The position numbers were made by a program, and so were the translations under genes. A model generated the notes under the pieces. The model saw only the letters and a program-made list of their open reading frames with translations, did no database searches and was not told where the DNA came from. A stretch of DNA of 56,030 bases, counting the filler, from Sluysia triapertura (taxonomy: Eukaryota), in the NCBI GenBank assembly GCA_046118255.1. It is 4 parts of 4 records of this genome, joined end to end, with 100 filler letters (N's around TTAATTAATTAA, not from the genome) between each part and the next. Parts side by side here need not be neighbours in the genome. Positions count along the whole stretch, not along the records: positions 1 to 18,377 come from JBJNIA010151938.1; 3 more parts are not named here. One strand, 5' to 3'. This document shows, piece after piece, positions 1 to 11,162 of this stretch. How positions within the stretch are numbered: position 1 is the stretch's first letter; each line of letters begins with the position of its first letter.

Positions 1-75
1 AGCCCCGTCTAACTTTTTCATTTTCAATATATTCAATTATACTACTTGGCAATTTTTAGGCCTTTTACCCCAACA
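1..75 (-). mobile_element. tRNA-carrying dispersed repeat, copy 1 (upstream flank plus first bases of the tRNA; cut by the window edge)
   Basis: Reverse complement reads TGTTGGGGTAAAAGGCCTAAAAATTGCCAAG...GTTAGACGGGGCT, matching the 5' part of the copies at 2477 and 50898-51053. Confidence 0.8.
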
Positions 76-1608
76 ATATTTTGATTTCAATTTGTATCTA
101 CTTATAATATTATAAATTATCTTGTTACTTGGATTTTTATACTTTTAACGTTTAAAAAACAATTACATTTTTTATAATAAAAATTCCCATACGTTTTATT
201 TTTTGGTTTTATTCTTAAATACAGATAATTAGGGATTTAATAAAATACAAAGAAGTATTAAATAGAACGAAAGAAATAAATAAAAAATTTATTAACCATT
301 ATTGGATTAAAAGTTAAAAATACAGTTATTGATATAAAGATTCTGAAATATAGTTTTAAATTAAAATAGTCAAGAGTTTGCACCGTTAAAAATATAATTT
401 ATTAGCCTTCAGGAAAAGATAAGGAGTATACTTTAGGAGATATATTAAAGGATTAAAAAGATAAAGAGCATAGTTATTAAATAAGATAACTAGCAATCCT
501 ATACGCACAAGAGTTTTTCTGACCTTCAGTTTTTTGACAAGCTTTAAATCCTACGTGAACGTCCTTATAGGTAAGATAAATCGTTTAGCGTAGGCGGACC
601 CAGCTTCTAAAACTTATTTTATAATTGTTTGAGTAGATAGAAACCGAACACCTTAGAGTTTCCAAAGAGTGTCGCAACATTTTGAAATCTTTGAAGGAAC
701 CTGAGATTGTATTAAAACTTTTGAAGCTTTAAAGTACCTTGAACTTGTGAACCTTTATACTTACTAATTAAGAACTTATGATAACAAAGACTAATCTTGT
801 AATTAGCATAGATGAATAGAAAAAGGAGCTGGAGCAATAAATGTTAAAACACTTATAACCCTTTAAATACTTCACAACTTTGACAAAACCTTTAAGCACA
901 AAATTTAAAAATAGATTAAAATCTTAATTATGGAAAAATGATTTTTAAAATGACGTCAATTTCATGAGTTAATTTCAGTTAAATTATTCGATAAAGATAA
1001 GCTTGATCTAATTCATATGCAAGGAAAAGCTTAATATTGAACAAGGCGTAATTTAAATTAATTCTCAATTCCAAAATATTAATTTCTTTTACATTTAGAA
1101 TGAAATAATGATTAGCTGATTGCTATAAAAGAGGATAATTTATAAATGGATTTAAAATATTTATTAAATCGTTTTTTACACATTTATACAAGCAATTTTT
1201 ATTTTCTTGAGAAATAACCCAAATATACTATAACTTACCAATAACCAAGCACAACTGATTAATTATAATTAATTTACCCGTGAACAATCAAAAAATCTAA
1301 TTAAAGGAGACTTTGATTTTATTTTATAGCTTAAATAATCTTTTAAGACTTTTAATACAAAAATGATGCGGTTGAAACAATAGTAAAACCTAAAATGGTT
1401 TTTTAAAAATTTTCAAATAACAAAGTATAACATCAATTAAGCAATACATAAATTTCACAATAGTATTGAAAGGAATTATTGAAATAAACATTGAAATATA
1501 CACTTAAGAAAGACCTGATAATTAAAATATTTCTTCACACAAACTTTCTTTAAGTCACTAATAATTTGCTAATTTATATACAAAAGTAGGTGAAACTAAA
1601 TATAAAAA

Positions 1609-1984
1609 TTAGTTTCTGAACAGAATCTTCAAAAACTGATATATACCATACACACCCAAAAGGGAAATGAATACTTTTTCTCTAAAAATTTGATTTTTGT
1701 TCAGTTTTTCTAATTCGTCAATTCTTTTCCTTAAACTGTCTATTTCCTGATTTAAATGTGATTGTCCATCATCATCAATAAAAGTATCTTCTGAGAATCT
1801 AAAATAATCTTTACATAAAATCAAAAACTAATTTAGTACATTTCTTTAATATCTCCAGTTGGACCAAGCCCTATAATAATAATAAAAAGTAACAAAGAAA
1901 ACTACCAGTCACTCTTTTAGACTCATACTTAATTGTTTCAGGTGCTACCATAAAAAAATCATAGTTTTTAGATTTTTTGTTCAT
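1609..1984 (-). CDS. MFF: Mitochondrial fission factor (MFF/Tango11)-like tail-anchored protein, 99 aa; exons 1906-1984, 1840-1870, 1609-1798
   Basis: Two GT-AG introns (35 and 41 nt) with compatible phases give 300 nt from ATG to TAA: MNKKSKNYDFFMVAPETIKYESKRVTGLGPTGDIKEIFSEDTFIDDDGQSHLNQEIDSLRKRIDELEKLNKNQIFREKVFISLLGVYGIYQFLKILFRN. The coiled coil, RE motif, C-terminal TM helix and basic tail resemble the MFF C-terminus; MVAPETI resembles the MFF MxVPERI repeat. Confidence 0.7.
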
Positions 1985-2140
1985 GACAAAATTTTACAAA
2001 CAGTACATAACAAAACTGCAATAAAGAAAATTGAAATACATAAAAATTAAAAATAATAATTTTAAAAATTAATTCCAAATAAAATATTATTAATTGTATA
2101 TAACTAGATACTAGTTAATTAAATAAAATTATAATAAAAT

Positions 2141-2368
2141 TTAAACAAATATATTTAATTCCAGTATACGAGGTATTTTATTTGCATGAAAAAACGTGGA
2201 GAGATATCTACCTCCAGTGCAAAATTTGGCGCCCATTGTGTCATAAAATTCGGAAAAAATCTTTAATAATTCATCAATGATTTCTTTTAAGGATTTGTAA
2301 CAATTTTTCTTTGTGATACGTAATTTACAAAATTGATATCTACCCTTGGCAGTGTCAGAATTAGCCAT
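2141..2368 (-). CDS. Possible short ORF (75 aa), unknown function
   Basis: ATG-started ORF with locally raised GC and protein-like composition; no motif recognised. Confidence 0.2.
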   Translation of the reverse strand: MANSDTAKGRYQFCKLRITKKNCYKSLKEIIDELLKIFSEFYDTMGAKFCTGGRYLSTFFHANKIPRILELNIFV

Positions 2369-2476
2369 TTTAAATAGGGTAAATTATATATTACATTAGA
2401 ATATGCATTTATATAAGCTTTAACTTGGGTAGTGTTTCGATTTTGTTTCAGATTATGAAGTCTTAATCAGTGAATA

Positions 2477-2624
2477 TGTTGGGATACAGGCCCAAAGTAC
2501 CATGTAGTATAATTGACTATAGAAATATAGAATTGTTAGACGGGGCTGATAGCTAAATGGTAGAGCATCGAATTGCACTGCGAGAGGTTCGATCTCCGGT
2601 CAGTCCATTTTATGAAGTCTAACA
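2477..2624 (+). mobile_element. tRNA-carrying dispersed repeat, copy 2 (both termini present; tRNA-like core 2543-2607 with a small deletion)
   Basis: TGTTGGG start and CTAACA end, flanked by AATA at 2473-2476 and 2625-2628. TGTTAGAC (2534-2541) and GTCTAACA (2617-2624) form an inverted repeat around GGGCTGATAGCTAAATGGTAGAGC...GGTTCGATC...TCAGTCCA-TTTT. Confidence 0.85.
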
Positions 2625-3840
2625 AATATGCATAATAACAAATACGAAGAATTAACCCCTTACAGGGTTTTATGTGTTAAAATATTAAAGTACATTTGTT
2701 AATTAATTTAATTAAAATTTGTTTAATTTGATAACTCAATAAAAGTGTTTGCTCATAATATAATTATATTAGATTTAATTGTAAAGATTAAAATCCTTTT
2801 TTGTAAATTTGTAAAAAAATTTTTAAATACTATTTTGTAAATAATTTTAACTTTTAATAAAACATAATAAAATCTTTTGCTTTTAATTTCTGTAAATAAT
2901 TTTAATTTTTAATAAGAATTCTTTGTAAATAAAATTAATAATTCAATAATTTTTATAAACAGAATTTTAATTAATATTGTAACAAATAAAATAAAGGATT
3001 TTAAATGAATTTTATTTAGTTTTTATGCTGTGAAACAAAATTTTTATGATTTGAAACAATAAAATTAATAATAAAAAATTCATAAAATTAATTATCAACT
3101 ATCTATCAAAAATCATATAAAAGCTAGGAAATTATTTTTGCGTGTAAACAAAAGTTATCAAAGAAAAATGAGATTTTACGACGATTATTAATTTGGATTA
3201 ATGTGGTAACAAGTTCGTTTTAGTCTGGAAATTATCGACTATTTATTTGGAGTGAATTTGATGATAAGTTTGCTCTCGCTTGGAAATTATCGAATATCGA
3301 CGTGGAACAAATTTGGTTGTACATTAATTTGGAATCATCGATTTTGGAGCTGTTGATTGAACAAGTAAATTGGAACCAAGACTTTCGATTACCTTTTGAA
3401 AGAAATTGTAACGTAAGTTGATAATTTATGGATTTGCACCAAAATATTTTCCATATCAAAATCATACGTAAAAATCTTATTTTGTGTATGCCAAGTATTT
3501 TAAATAATTTTAAAATTTAAAATAAATAAAGAAGAAAATCTTTATTTTTAAAGTTATTTATTTATATTATTATATTTTGTGTCGTGCATTGTTTTATTCT
3601 CTTTGGTATTCACGAGTTTTTTTGCTTTATTCAATTATAGGATACATTGAAATAATAATAATGTGGTAGATATTTTGAAATAGTAAGATCGAATTCATAA
3701 ATTTTTCTGAGATAATAGTAAACAAGACATGTGGTAATGTATTTTTGTTATAAGGTTTGTGTGTAAATGATTGTTATGATTTATGCAATTTATGATTTAT
3801 GATCGTTGGCTGAGCAACCACAACTACGTTTTAGTTAATC

Positions 3841-3956
3841 TTCTAACTTATATTGTTACAGAAGCGCCCTATTTACGACATAAGACTGTAACCGGACCCT
3901 GCTCAATTTTCTATTTTGCTGTAGGCTTAACACTAAGTGTTAAAAAAACCACAGCA
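3841..3956 (+). repeat. Dispersed repeat (left arm of a long inverted pair)
   Basis: TTCTAACTTATATTGTTACAGAAGCGCC...TGTAACCGGACCCTGCTCAATTTT...GTAGG recurs directly at 35265-35350 and, inverted and diverged, at 4939-5051. Confidence 0.75.
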
Positions 3957-4291
3957 AATTTAAATTGATGTATCATCATAACAATAAGTATTGCTATAGT
4001 GATTATGTTAAATCTTGATTTTAATATTTTGAATTAGATAAAAGTTTGTTGCAAAACTTATATTCTTTGGATAATTCCTGAATAAAACGAAAATTATTAA
4101 AATCGGTCGGCCTAAAACCAACGCATGCATTAATTAAATCGAATTTCCGATTTCGTAGCAATTATCTAAACACTATATAAACAACCATATTTTTGCTCAG
4201 AAATAACATAAACCATATTGCAATAATATGTGGAGTTCTTATAATGTAATACCTTTTCAAAGTTGTAGTGCCAAACGCTAAATTTTATTTA

Positions 4292-4345
4292 TTAACCCCT
4301 TAATGCACGCCCGTGTTAGTACGTTTCTGCGCGTTAAGGGGTTAA
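4292..4345. mobile_element. Minimal piggyBac-type MITE (46 bp) with TTAA target duplications
   Basis: TTAA|CCCCTTAATGCAC...GCGCGTTAAGGGG|TTAA; 11 of 13 terminal bases complementary. CCC/GGG ends at TTAA are the piggyBac signature. Confidence 0.65.
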
Positions 4346-4938
4346 TGTTTATCGTGGTTAATCTTGTAGACAAATTAATAATTATGCGTCTAAAATTTTG
4401 ATAAATTTTGTGAAATTGCTAATTTCTAAATCAATTTGATAAAAATGTAATATTTGATACACATCCATAATTATTTAAAAATGAATAAATTTTATATTGA
4501 AGTTGTTTTCAAAAATACAAATATACAAAAAGATAATTAAATATTTTATGAAATAAATTTTGCTTTTAAACAATAAATTTTCAAATTTTATTCAATCTGC
4601 TTAATTAGTATTTAGAAAAACAAAGCAATTATCTTTATAAAAAGTAATTATCCCATCTCAAGTTCAATATTTCAACCATCAATATTAATAATTAAGATAA
4701 TATAGATTTCATTTCGACAAACTGTCTAATTATATCGATTTTATTGATTCTATCATATTATCAATCATTTTTATATTTCTTTATTTATCATAATTTAAAT
4801 TTATTTATTTATTTTCATTTTTTGATATTATTATTATTGTTATAACAGATTACTATAAATAAAATAAACAAAGTAGTAATTTCTGACATTAATGTTAAAA
4901 CAAACTACTACATACTCTAAGTATGTCGTTATTACTAA

Positions 4939-5051
4939 TGCTGCGATTTTTCTAACACTTAATCTACGACAAAATACTTTTTGGGAAGCTCCGGTTACAC
5001 TTAACGTCTTACAACGTATAAGTGGCGTTTCTGCAACTTGATAAGTTAGAA
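4939..5051 (-). repeat. Diverged inverted copy of the 3841-3956 repeat
   Basis: Reverse complement TTCTAACTTATCAAGTTGCAGAAACGCC...TGTAACCGGAGC...TATTTTGTCGTAGATTAAGTGTTAGAAAAATCGCAGCA aligns colinearly with 3841-3956. Confidence 0.7.
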
Positions 5052-5401
5052 TTACTTTAATCCTAATCGTAAGACTTCAAAACTACTAGTCAATTTGATA
5101 TTTATAAAATACTTAAGGGTCTTCATGCAATAATATTTTATAATTAATGTTTATCACAATACAATTAGCAATGAAATAGAACTAAAAACTCAAAAAACTT
5201 TATAATTTAAAAATTCAATAATTTACAAAAATTGTAGAGGTTATATTAAGAAAACAGAAAGAATAAAATTATTTATAAATATCAAAGTTAAAACTATTTT
5301 AGTTTTTAACTTTTTTGTTGATGCTTAATTTACTCTGTATTTTGTCCCTCAATATATCGGGGAAACTTAACTTTTTCTTTAGAAATTTAAATTTACCCGT
5401 A

Positions 5402-6890
5402 CACCAATACCTTAATTTGCGTCGAGGTTACGTTCCAAAAAACACGACGGAAAGTGAATTAAGATTTTCTATAGTAAATCATGTAAAGATCGAAGACAGG
5501 TTCCAGGGTTACGAAAATACTACTTTTTAAAAAGAAAACTGAACAAAGTAAACATTTAAAAAACAAAATAATATAAAATTTTATTACATGCATACAAAAA
5601 ACAAAAAAAACGTATTCAATTAAAACAAAATAAACTATTCAATTAATTTATGAAAAACAAAATTAAAATTAATCATTGTCTGATGAGTCCATAGTGGCTG
5701 ATGTCATAAGTCGGCTTTCTTTCGCACAAAATTGGTCCAATGTTTGCTGAACAGCTTAGTCAATCAAACACATCGCTTTGGAAATTTGTTTGGAGGTTAA
5801 ATTTTGTTCTTCGGATATTTCTATTGAACGGTCACTGTCATCCTCTTCATTAACAAATTGCAATTCCAGTTGCAATAGTTCTTCATTAGAGAATTCTTGG
5901 TTGTGCGAGGTTAGCAATTCATTTATGTCAATCTCCGACTCTCTAGCTAAATTAGAAATTTTATGACGAACAGCTGATGTACCATCAACTTCTGCAGCGC
6001 ATATTCGGTGAACACATTCAGGCCATATTTTGCGCCAAACACCATTCATGCAAGATGGTTTAACCTCCTCTCACGAATCGGAAATAATTTCTATGGCTTT
6101 CATAATGTTGAACTTTTTCCAAAACTCTAGCATGGTAGGCTTATCTTTTCCACCCGTCTCACTTAAAAGAAGTTTAAATGTTCGTCGAAGGTAATAACTT
6201 TTAAAAGTTACTCCTTGATCCATCGGCTGAATAACTGGTGTCGTATTTCACATTTTCTGGCAACTCATCAACATAAACTGGGGAGCATTGTCTACTAGGA
6301 CCAAAGCCTTGAAATTTAAGTTTTTCTTGTTGCAATAAGATTTAGTTTCTGGAATAGCACAAGTTGAAATCCAGTTTTGAAATTACGATGTTGTCATCCA
6401 CACTTTTCCGTTTGCTCGCCAATGGACAGGAAGCATATTCTTTGAACAACCTTTCATAGCTCCTGGATTTTCTGATTGATAAATGAGAAATGGTTTAAAT
6501 TTGAAATCACCATTTGCATTACCACTAAGAAGAAGAGTCAGTCTATCCTTGCTATCTTTAAATCCTGGCTCAGATTTTTCTGTATTAGATATGAAAGTTC
6601 TGCTAGGTAGACGTTTCCAAAATAACCTATTATCGTCAACATTAAAGACTTGTTTCGGATCATAGCCACCTTCATGAATTAATGCTTTTAACTCTGTCGG
6701 GTAGCGTTCTGCAGCAGTTATATCAGCGTTAGCTGCTTCGCCTTTAAGAGCAATGATATGCAGATTTGCTCGAACCTTGAATCTCTCAAACCAGCCCTGA
6801 CTAGCTTCAAATGTCTCATTCTTGTCTATATTACTACCACTAGCATTATCGTTGGATAGTGCTTTACTTTTTATGTCATCAAATAACTAA
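5402..6890 (-). mobile_element. Degenerate Tigger/pogo DNA transposon (TIGD1/jerky-like CENP-B HTH + DDE_1 transposase), 5'-truncated
   Basis: Translates with stops and frameshifts to FEASQGWFERFK...GEAANAD...QVFNVDDNRLFWKRLPSRTFIS...SKDRLTLLLSGNANGDFKFKP...LVLVDNAP...NTTPVIQPMDQGV..FKSYYLR...MNGVWRKIWP. Terminal-repeat-like TA|CACCAATACCTTAATTTGCGTCG at 5400. Confidence 0.93.
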
Positions 6891-8676
6891 AACTATACAT
6901 GTTTACGCAATAGATTAGAATTATAGGGGTGCTGCCAAGGACGAAAAAAGAGATATTAGCGAGAAAGGCTATAATTAATTACGATTATGATTATAATTAA
7001 TTAAAGGCTATGATTAATGGTTTAGTAGTAAGAATTCTGTGAGTTGGGCGAGATATGAAGATGTTATGAGATAGATGAAATGTTTATGAATGCTTTTGAA
7101 GTGAATTGTATTTGTGCTTATGTGTATGTTTATTGATGAAAGGGTTTTAACAACAAAATGATGTGTACAGTTGTGACACTACAATAAATTTACTGTATAA
7201 ATTTCTTTTGTCATTTTACTCGATCAAAACAAAAACCACTGAGCAATTTACCTTACTCAACAGTTGTAAGAGTTTGTTCTCGATCAATAGTCTAATACAG
7301 GTTTATGATGAATTTATATCTATTTTTTAATCGATATCAGTCGGACAACCTTGATGATAATATTTAAATGAATTAATCGTTATAAATACCAAATCACTGT
7401 GTCATATTTTGTTCGTGCATAATTATTTATTTAAGTTTGAATAATAATAATAATAATATAAATAAAATATAAATTTTTCTATCAATAACATATTTCAGCA
7501 GACATCATATAGTAAATATTCATTGATTAATTATTCCATTCGAGTGAATAATTTTAATAATAATTTCACAATATTTAAAATAATTCTGATCGAATATAAT
7601 CTTTTTATACTTTGATTACACATTATTTCTATTTAATCTTGTTTTACTATGATTTTATTTGTTTAATCAAGTATAATAATGCTTATTAATTTTAATTTCA
7701 TATTGTTTCTATACAATCTCAGTTTGAAATGACTATTCTATGCTAGTTTAATTTAGAATGAATACATATTAGTTCTATTCATTATCAATTTAAGATTATG
7801 ATTGAGTGTTACTCAGAAAAAAATAATTTTGCCAAATCTTCATCAGCATCAATTATCGATTAAAATTAGAAACGTTTGCCTTTCTAGATTTAAATCAATA
7901 AATCAATAATACAAAATGCAGAATAATAATAATAATAATAATACTGGTATAAATAACAATAACTGTATGATGTTATAATATTGTAATAATTCCACTGTTA
8001 GTACTTTAAATTAATTTCGGGTTATAAAACTTTAATGTTTTATTTGTCGATTTATATTTGCTTTATAAATAGAATCATTAAAAGTTTCCTTCAGTCTTAA
8101 ACTAAATTAACTAAAATCTATAAATTTTACAGCTGGCATCCACAATTAACAGAATTGCATTAACACAATTTGAAATTTTTGTTAATCAAATACGCAGTCC
8201 AGAACACAACATCAACTGACAGTTACAATTAAAGTTTACAGATTCAAAATCGGTTTGTTCGTTTGCGCAGTTTTTGATGAGTCAAATCATTCTTAACTTG
8301 GACGGAAATGAAATTTGTTACAACGTCGTTGCACTTAGTCTTTCATATTTAAAAGACATTTTGAAACACATACGGAACAATAATAATTTTTGAAAATATA
8401 ATAACACAAAAATGAAATTGGAATTCGGGTACACTTATCGATAGCCACAAATAATCTTTCGAAGAGCCGCATGGAGCTCTATGTGGAAAAGAATAAATAT
8501 GGCGAAAGTTATTTTTATGTTTGTGGCCAAAAATTGCATGTTACTTATATTTTTAGAAATATGAAATGTCTAGTGCCTCGAAATTGAAAAATATTTTAAG
8601 TATGGTGGGATTGTGACAAAATTTCATATTCAATATTGATAATCTTTAATAAATTAATATTTCAAAAAATAGATAC

Positions 8677-8846
8677 CTTTTCACACGATTTGCGTACTGA
8701 ATAGCATCTTCATTTTCTTGTTGATGCTCTTCGGATAAATACCAAATATCTGCCACAATAGCCCAACTACTCATCATCATGAATAAATATTCCAAAAGTG
8801 AATACTTACTACTATTCCAGAAGCAATCTGCAAATCGAGAATCGTA
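8677..8846 (-). CDS. GPAT4: Glycerol-3-phosphate acyltransferase 3/4, internal exon D
   Basis: AG...GT bounded; YDSRFADCFWNSSKYSLLEYLFMMMSSWAIVADIWYL...EDAIQYANRVK matches the GPAT3/4 C-terminal region; phase fits the upstream exon. Confidence 0.93.
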
Positions 8847-9683
8847 CTGTAATTACAGAAAATAAATTTAACTTTTGTGAATTTTAAACGATAAATTAAA
8901 ATACGATACGAGAAAAATTGACGTCAAAAATATTAAATAATGTTTAAGAATAATTGATTCTTACGAAAAGTCGTAACTAGGCAGGTGCAATATGGCATAG
9001 GCCTGAGCGGGACTCTTAGAGGGACGAAAATATATCTATGCTGACGGTATTCTTATAATCCATGAATTTGTTGTTTAGTTTTTATTTTATACATACTTTG
9101 TGAACATGCATACAGTTCGTACAAATTAAACAAATTGTGTTTTTTTGTGCTACAGGAAGCCAGAATTTAATGTCTTGCATAGGGCCCCGTCAGAGGTACT
9201 GTAACATGCATTATTTTATACAATGATTCATATTTATTTTTCAGATAAGTGACAGTAATATGTAATATAACAAACTTAATCGTATTTTTAAAATCTTATA
9301 TTAATATTGACCAGTTTGAAAAAAATCTGGCTCATAACTTTTTGTGGACATTCGAAATTTTAAACAAAATCGTCAAATGAATTATTTAAACCATTGCGGA
9401 CGTAGTTCATTGACATTTATTCAAAATGATACTTATCTCGTTCTAAAAATTAACGTCAATCTCTATACTAGCACTCTAATGAAATTAGTGGATCACAAAA
9501 GGTTAAACAAAGTAAGAGTATGTTAGTCTGGAAAAATTAAATTCTATAAAAATTGTTTACGTATTTTATTAATCAAAAATTTTCAGTTGTTTGAAATATT
9601 AATTTAGAAATTAAATAATACAAATAAATTAAAAATATGCATAAAAGAAATAGACATAATTGACTGAACATTCTTATACATAG

Positions 9684-9686
<3 letters not shown>

Positions 9687-9734
<48 letters not shown>

Positions 9735-9753
9735 TAATAATAATAATAATAAT
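9687..9753. repeat. (AAT)n microsatellite in a GPAT intron
   Basis: Read directly; similar tracts at 11108-11162 and 12478-12525 lie next to GPAT splice acceptors. Confidence 0.95.
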
Positions 9754-10287
9754 ACAGACCACGCGACATATACATGTCTAATTTTAATTTAAATTATCAC
9801 TACTAAAAATCAACCTAATTTGTAAACAATGGTCACTGCATTATTTGTGGTGGAATGCAAAGTTTAAATGTGTAAAATCACTGCATATAATATTAATAAA
9901 TAATAGTGATAATAATAATAATAAGTGATTTTGAACTTTTCAATTATTTCAACAACGCTTTAGTGCGTGATTGATGATTGTGTGAACAACAGTCATTGTA
10001 TTTACGAATTCAATGCTAGAATTAAATCACTCACTAGAATAGACTTTATTCATCTAGATATTACTAATATGTTAACTATCACTTTATTGTACTTCTGTGT
10101 GTGTGCAAATAGAATTATTACTACATTGTGGTGCACAATGACACTGAATACTGATTTTAAAATTATTCTAGCAACCTTAACACTAATGAGAGTAGAGTAA
10201 CCATAGCGCTTCAAATAGATCAAAATTGTGCATTAAAGAGATCTTACAAATTTGTTATTGATTTTTTAATGATTATGAAAAACTAAC

Positions 10288-10639
10288 TTTGATTGCAACT
10301 GGATAAATACGAGCACCAACTTCGAAACTTCCTTTTTTAAACATCATAACCGATGTGTTATTAATACAAGTACCTTCTGGAAAAATCAATATCGGCAAAG
10401 ATTCTTTATCTGCTACGTGCTCTTTCAAACGCCGTAATACACTTTCTCGATCACGTGCCACCGATCTTTCAAACCAAATCGTTGATGTTGCTCTTCCGAA
10501 TATTGACTGCATGAAACCAAAGAATCCACCTTGCTTTTGACCAACCATAGCATAACAGTTATCGGTGCCCAATAAAATCACATCAATTGGAGTGGTATGA
10601 TTGGCTACACAAATTCCGCCCGATTTTGCTTTATTACGT
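10288..10639 (-). CDS. GPAT4: Glycerol-3-phosphate acyltransferase 3/4, catalytic exon C
   Basis: GGICVANHTTPID (HxxxxD motif), WFER, LPILIFPEGTCINNTSVMMFKKGSFE, YPVAIK; AG at 10640-10641 and GT at 10286-10287. Confidence 0.96.
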
Positions 10640-11009
10640 CTAAATTTGGAATAATTTTACATCAAAATCTATAAGAATGAACTTAAATTAGTAACTTTAA
10701 TAAAAAAAACCCTTTGGTTTCTAATTCATATTTCAAATATTTTCCACACAAGCTTCTCAGTTATTCTTATGCAAACACAAACTTGCTACAAGATTCCAAA
10801 AAAACTTAGGGCTTGCGAACAATCACTGCTTTCTTAATATTTGTGCTAATACTGTGTTTTCTATTTTTTGATAATATTTTACTTCCTGACAAAACCTTGT
10901 CTTTACATTTTATCTGCTTATTCACAACATCCAATAATAATGATTACAACTTTTTGAATTCAATACTATTTATTTTCTTTGTTTTTTCCAAGAAAAATAT
11001 AGAACTTAC

Positions 11010-11099
11010 TTATTGTGGAATCTGATAACACCAGAATAAGCACGAAGAAATAATCGAAAAGCGAATTTCGAAAGTATCCTGTTGAAACCTTGACGTTTA
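11010..11099 (-). CDS. GPAT4: Glycerol-3-phosphate acyltransferase 3/4, internal exon B
   Basis: 90-nt AG/GTAAGT exon, KRQGFNRILSKFAFRLFLRAYSGVIRFHN, phase-compatible with both neighbours. Confidence 0.88.
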
Positions 11100-11106
11100 C
11101 TAAAAC

Positions 11107-11162
<56 letters not shown>

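Noticed and set aside
2543-2607. Calling the repeat copies ordinary functional tRNA genes
   Set aside because: Copies carry deletions, broken anticodon stems and shared discrete flanks, so they are better treated as a mobile repeat.
4640-4685. LRWDN on the - strand as the missing last GPAT exon
   Set aside because: Lacks the GGL..WDG context and a suitable acceptor.
5778-6665. Plus-strand ORFs 5778-5966 and 6483-6665 (likewise 10355-10540, 45565-45834, 50244-50519, 54127-54393)
   Set aside because: Antisense shadows of the transposase, GPAT, DAPK, RLE and microprotein frames.
8975-9200. GC-rich patches resembling hAT MITE ends (also about 20423-20441)
   Set aside because: No convincing paired TIRs or 8-bp TSD could be defined.
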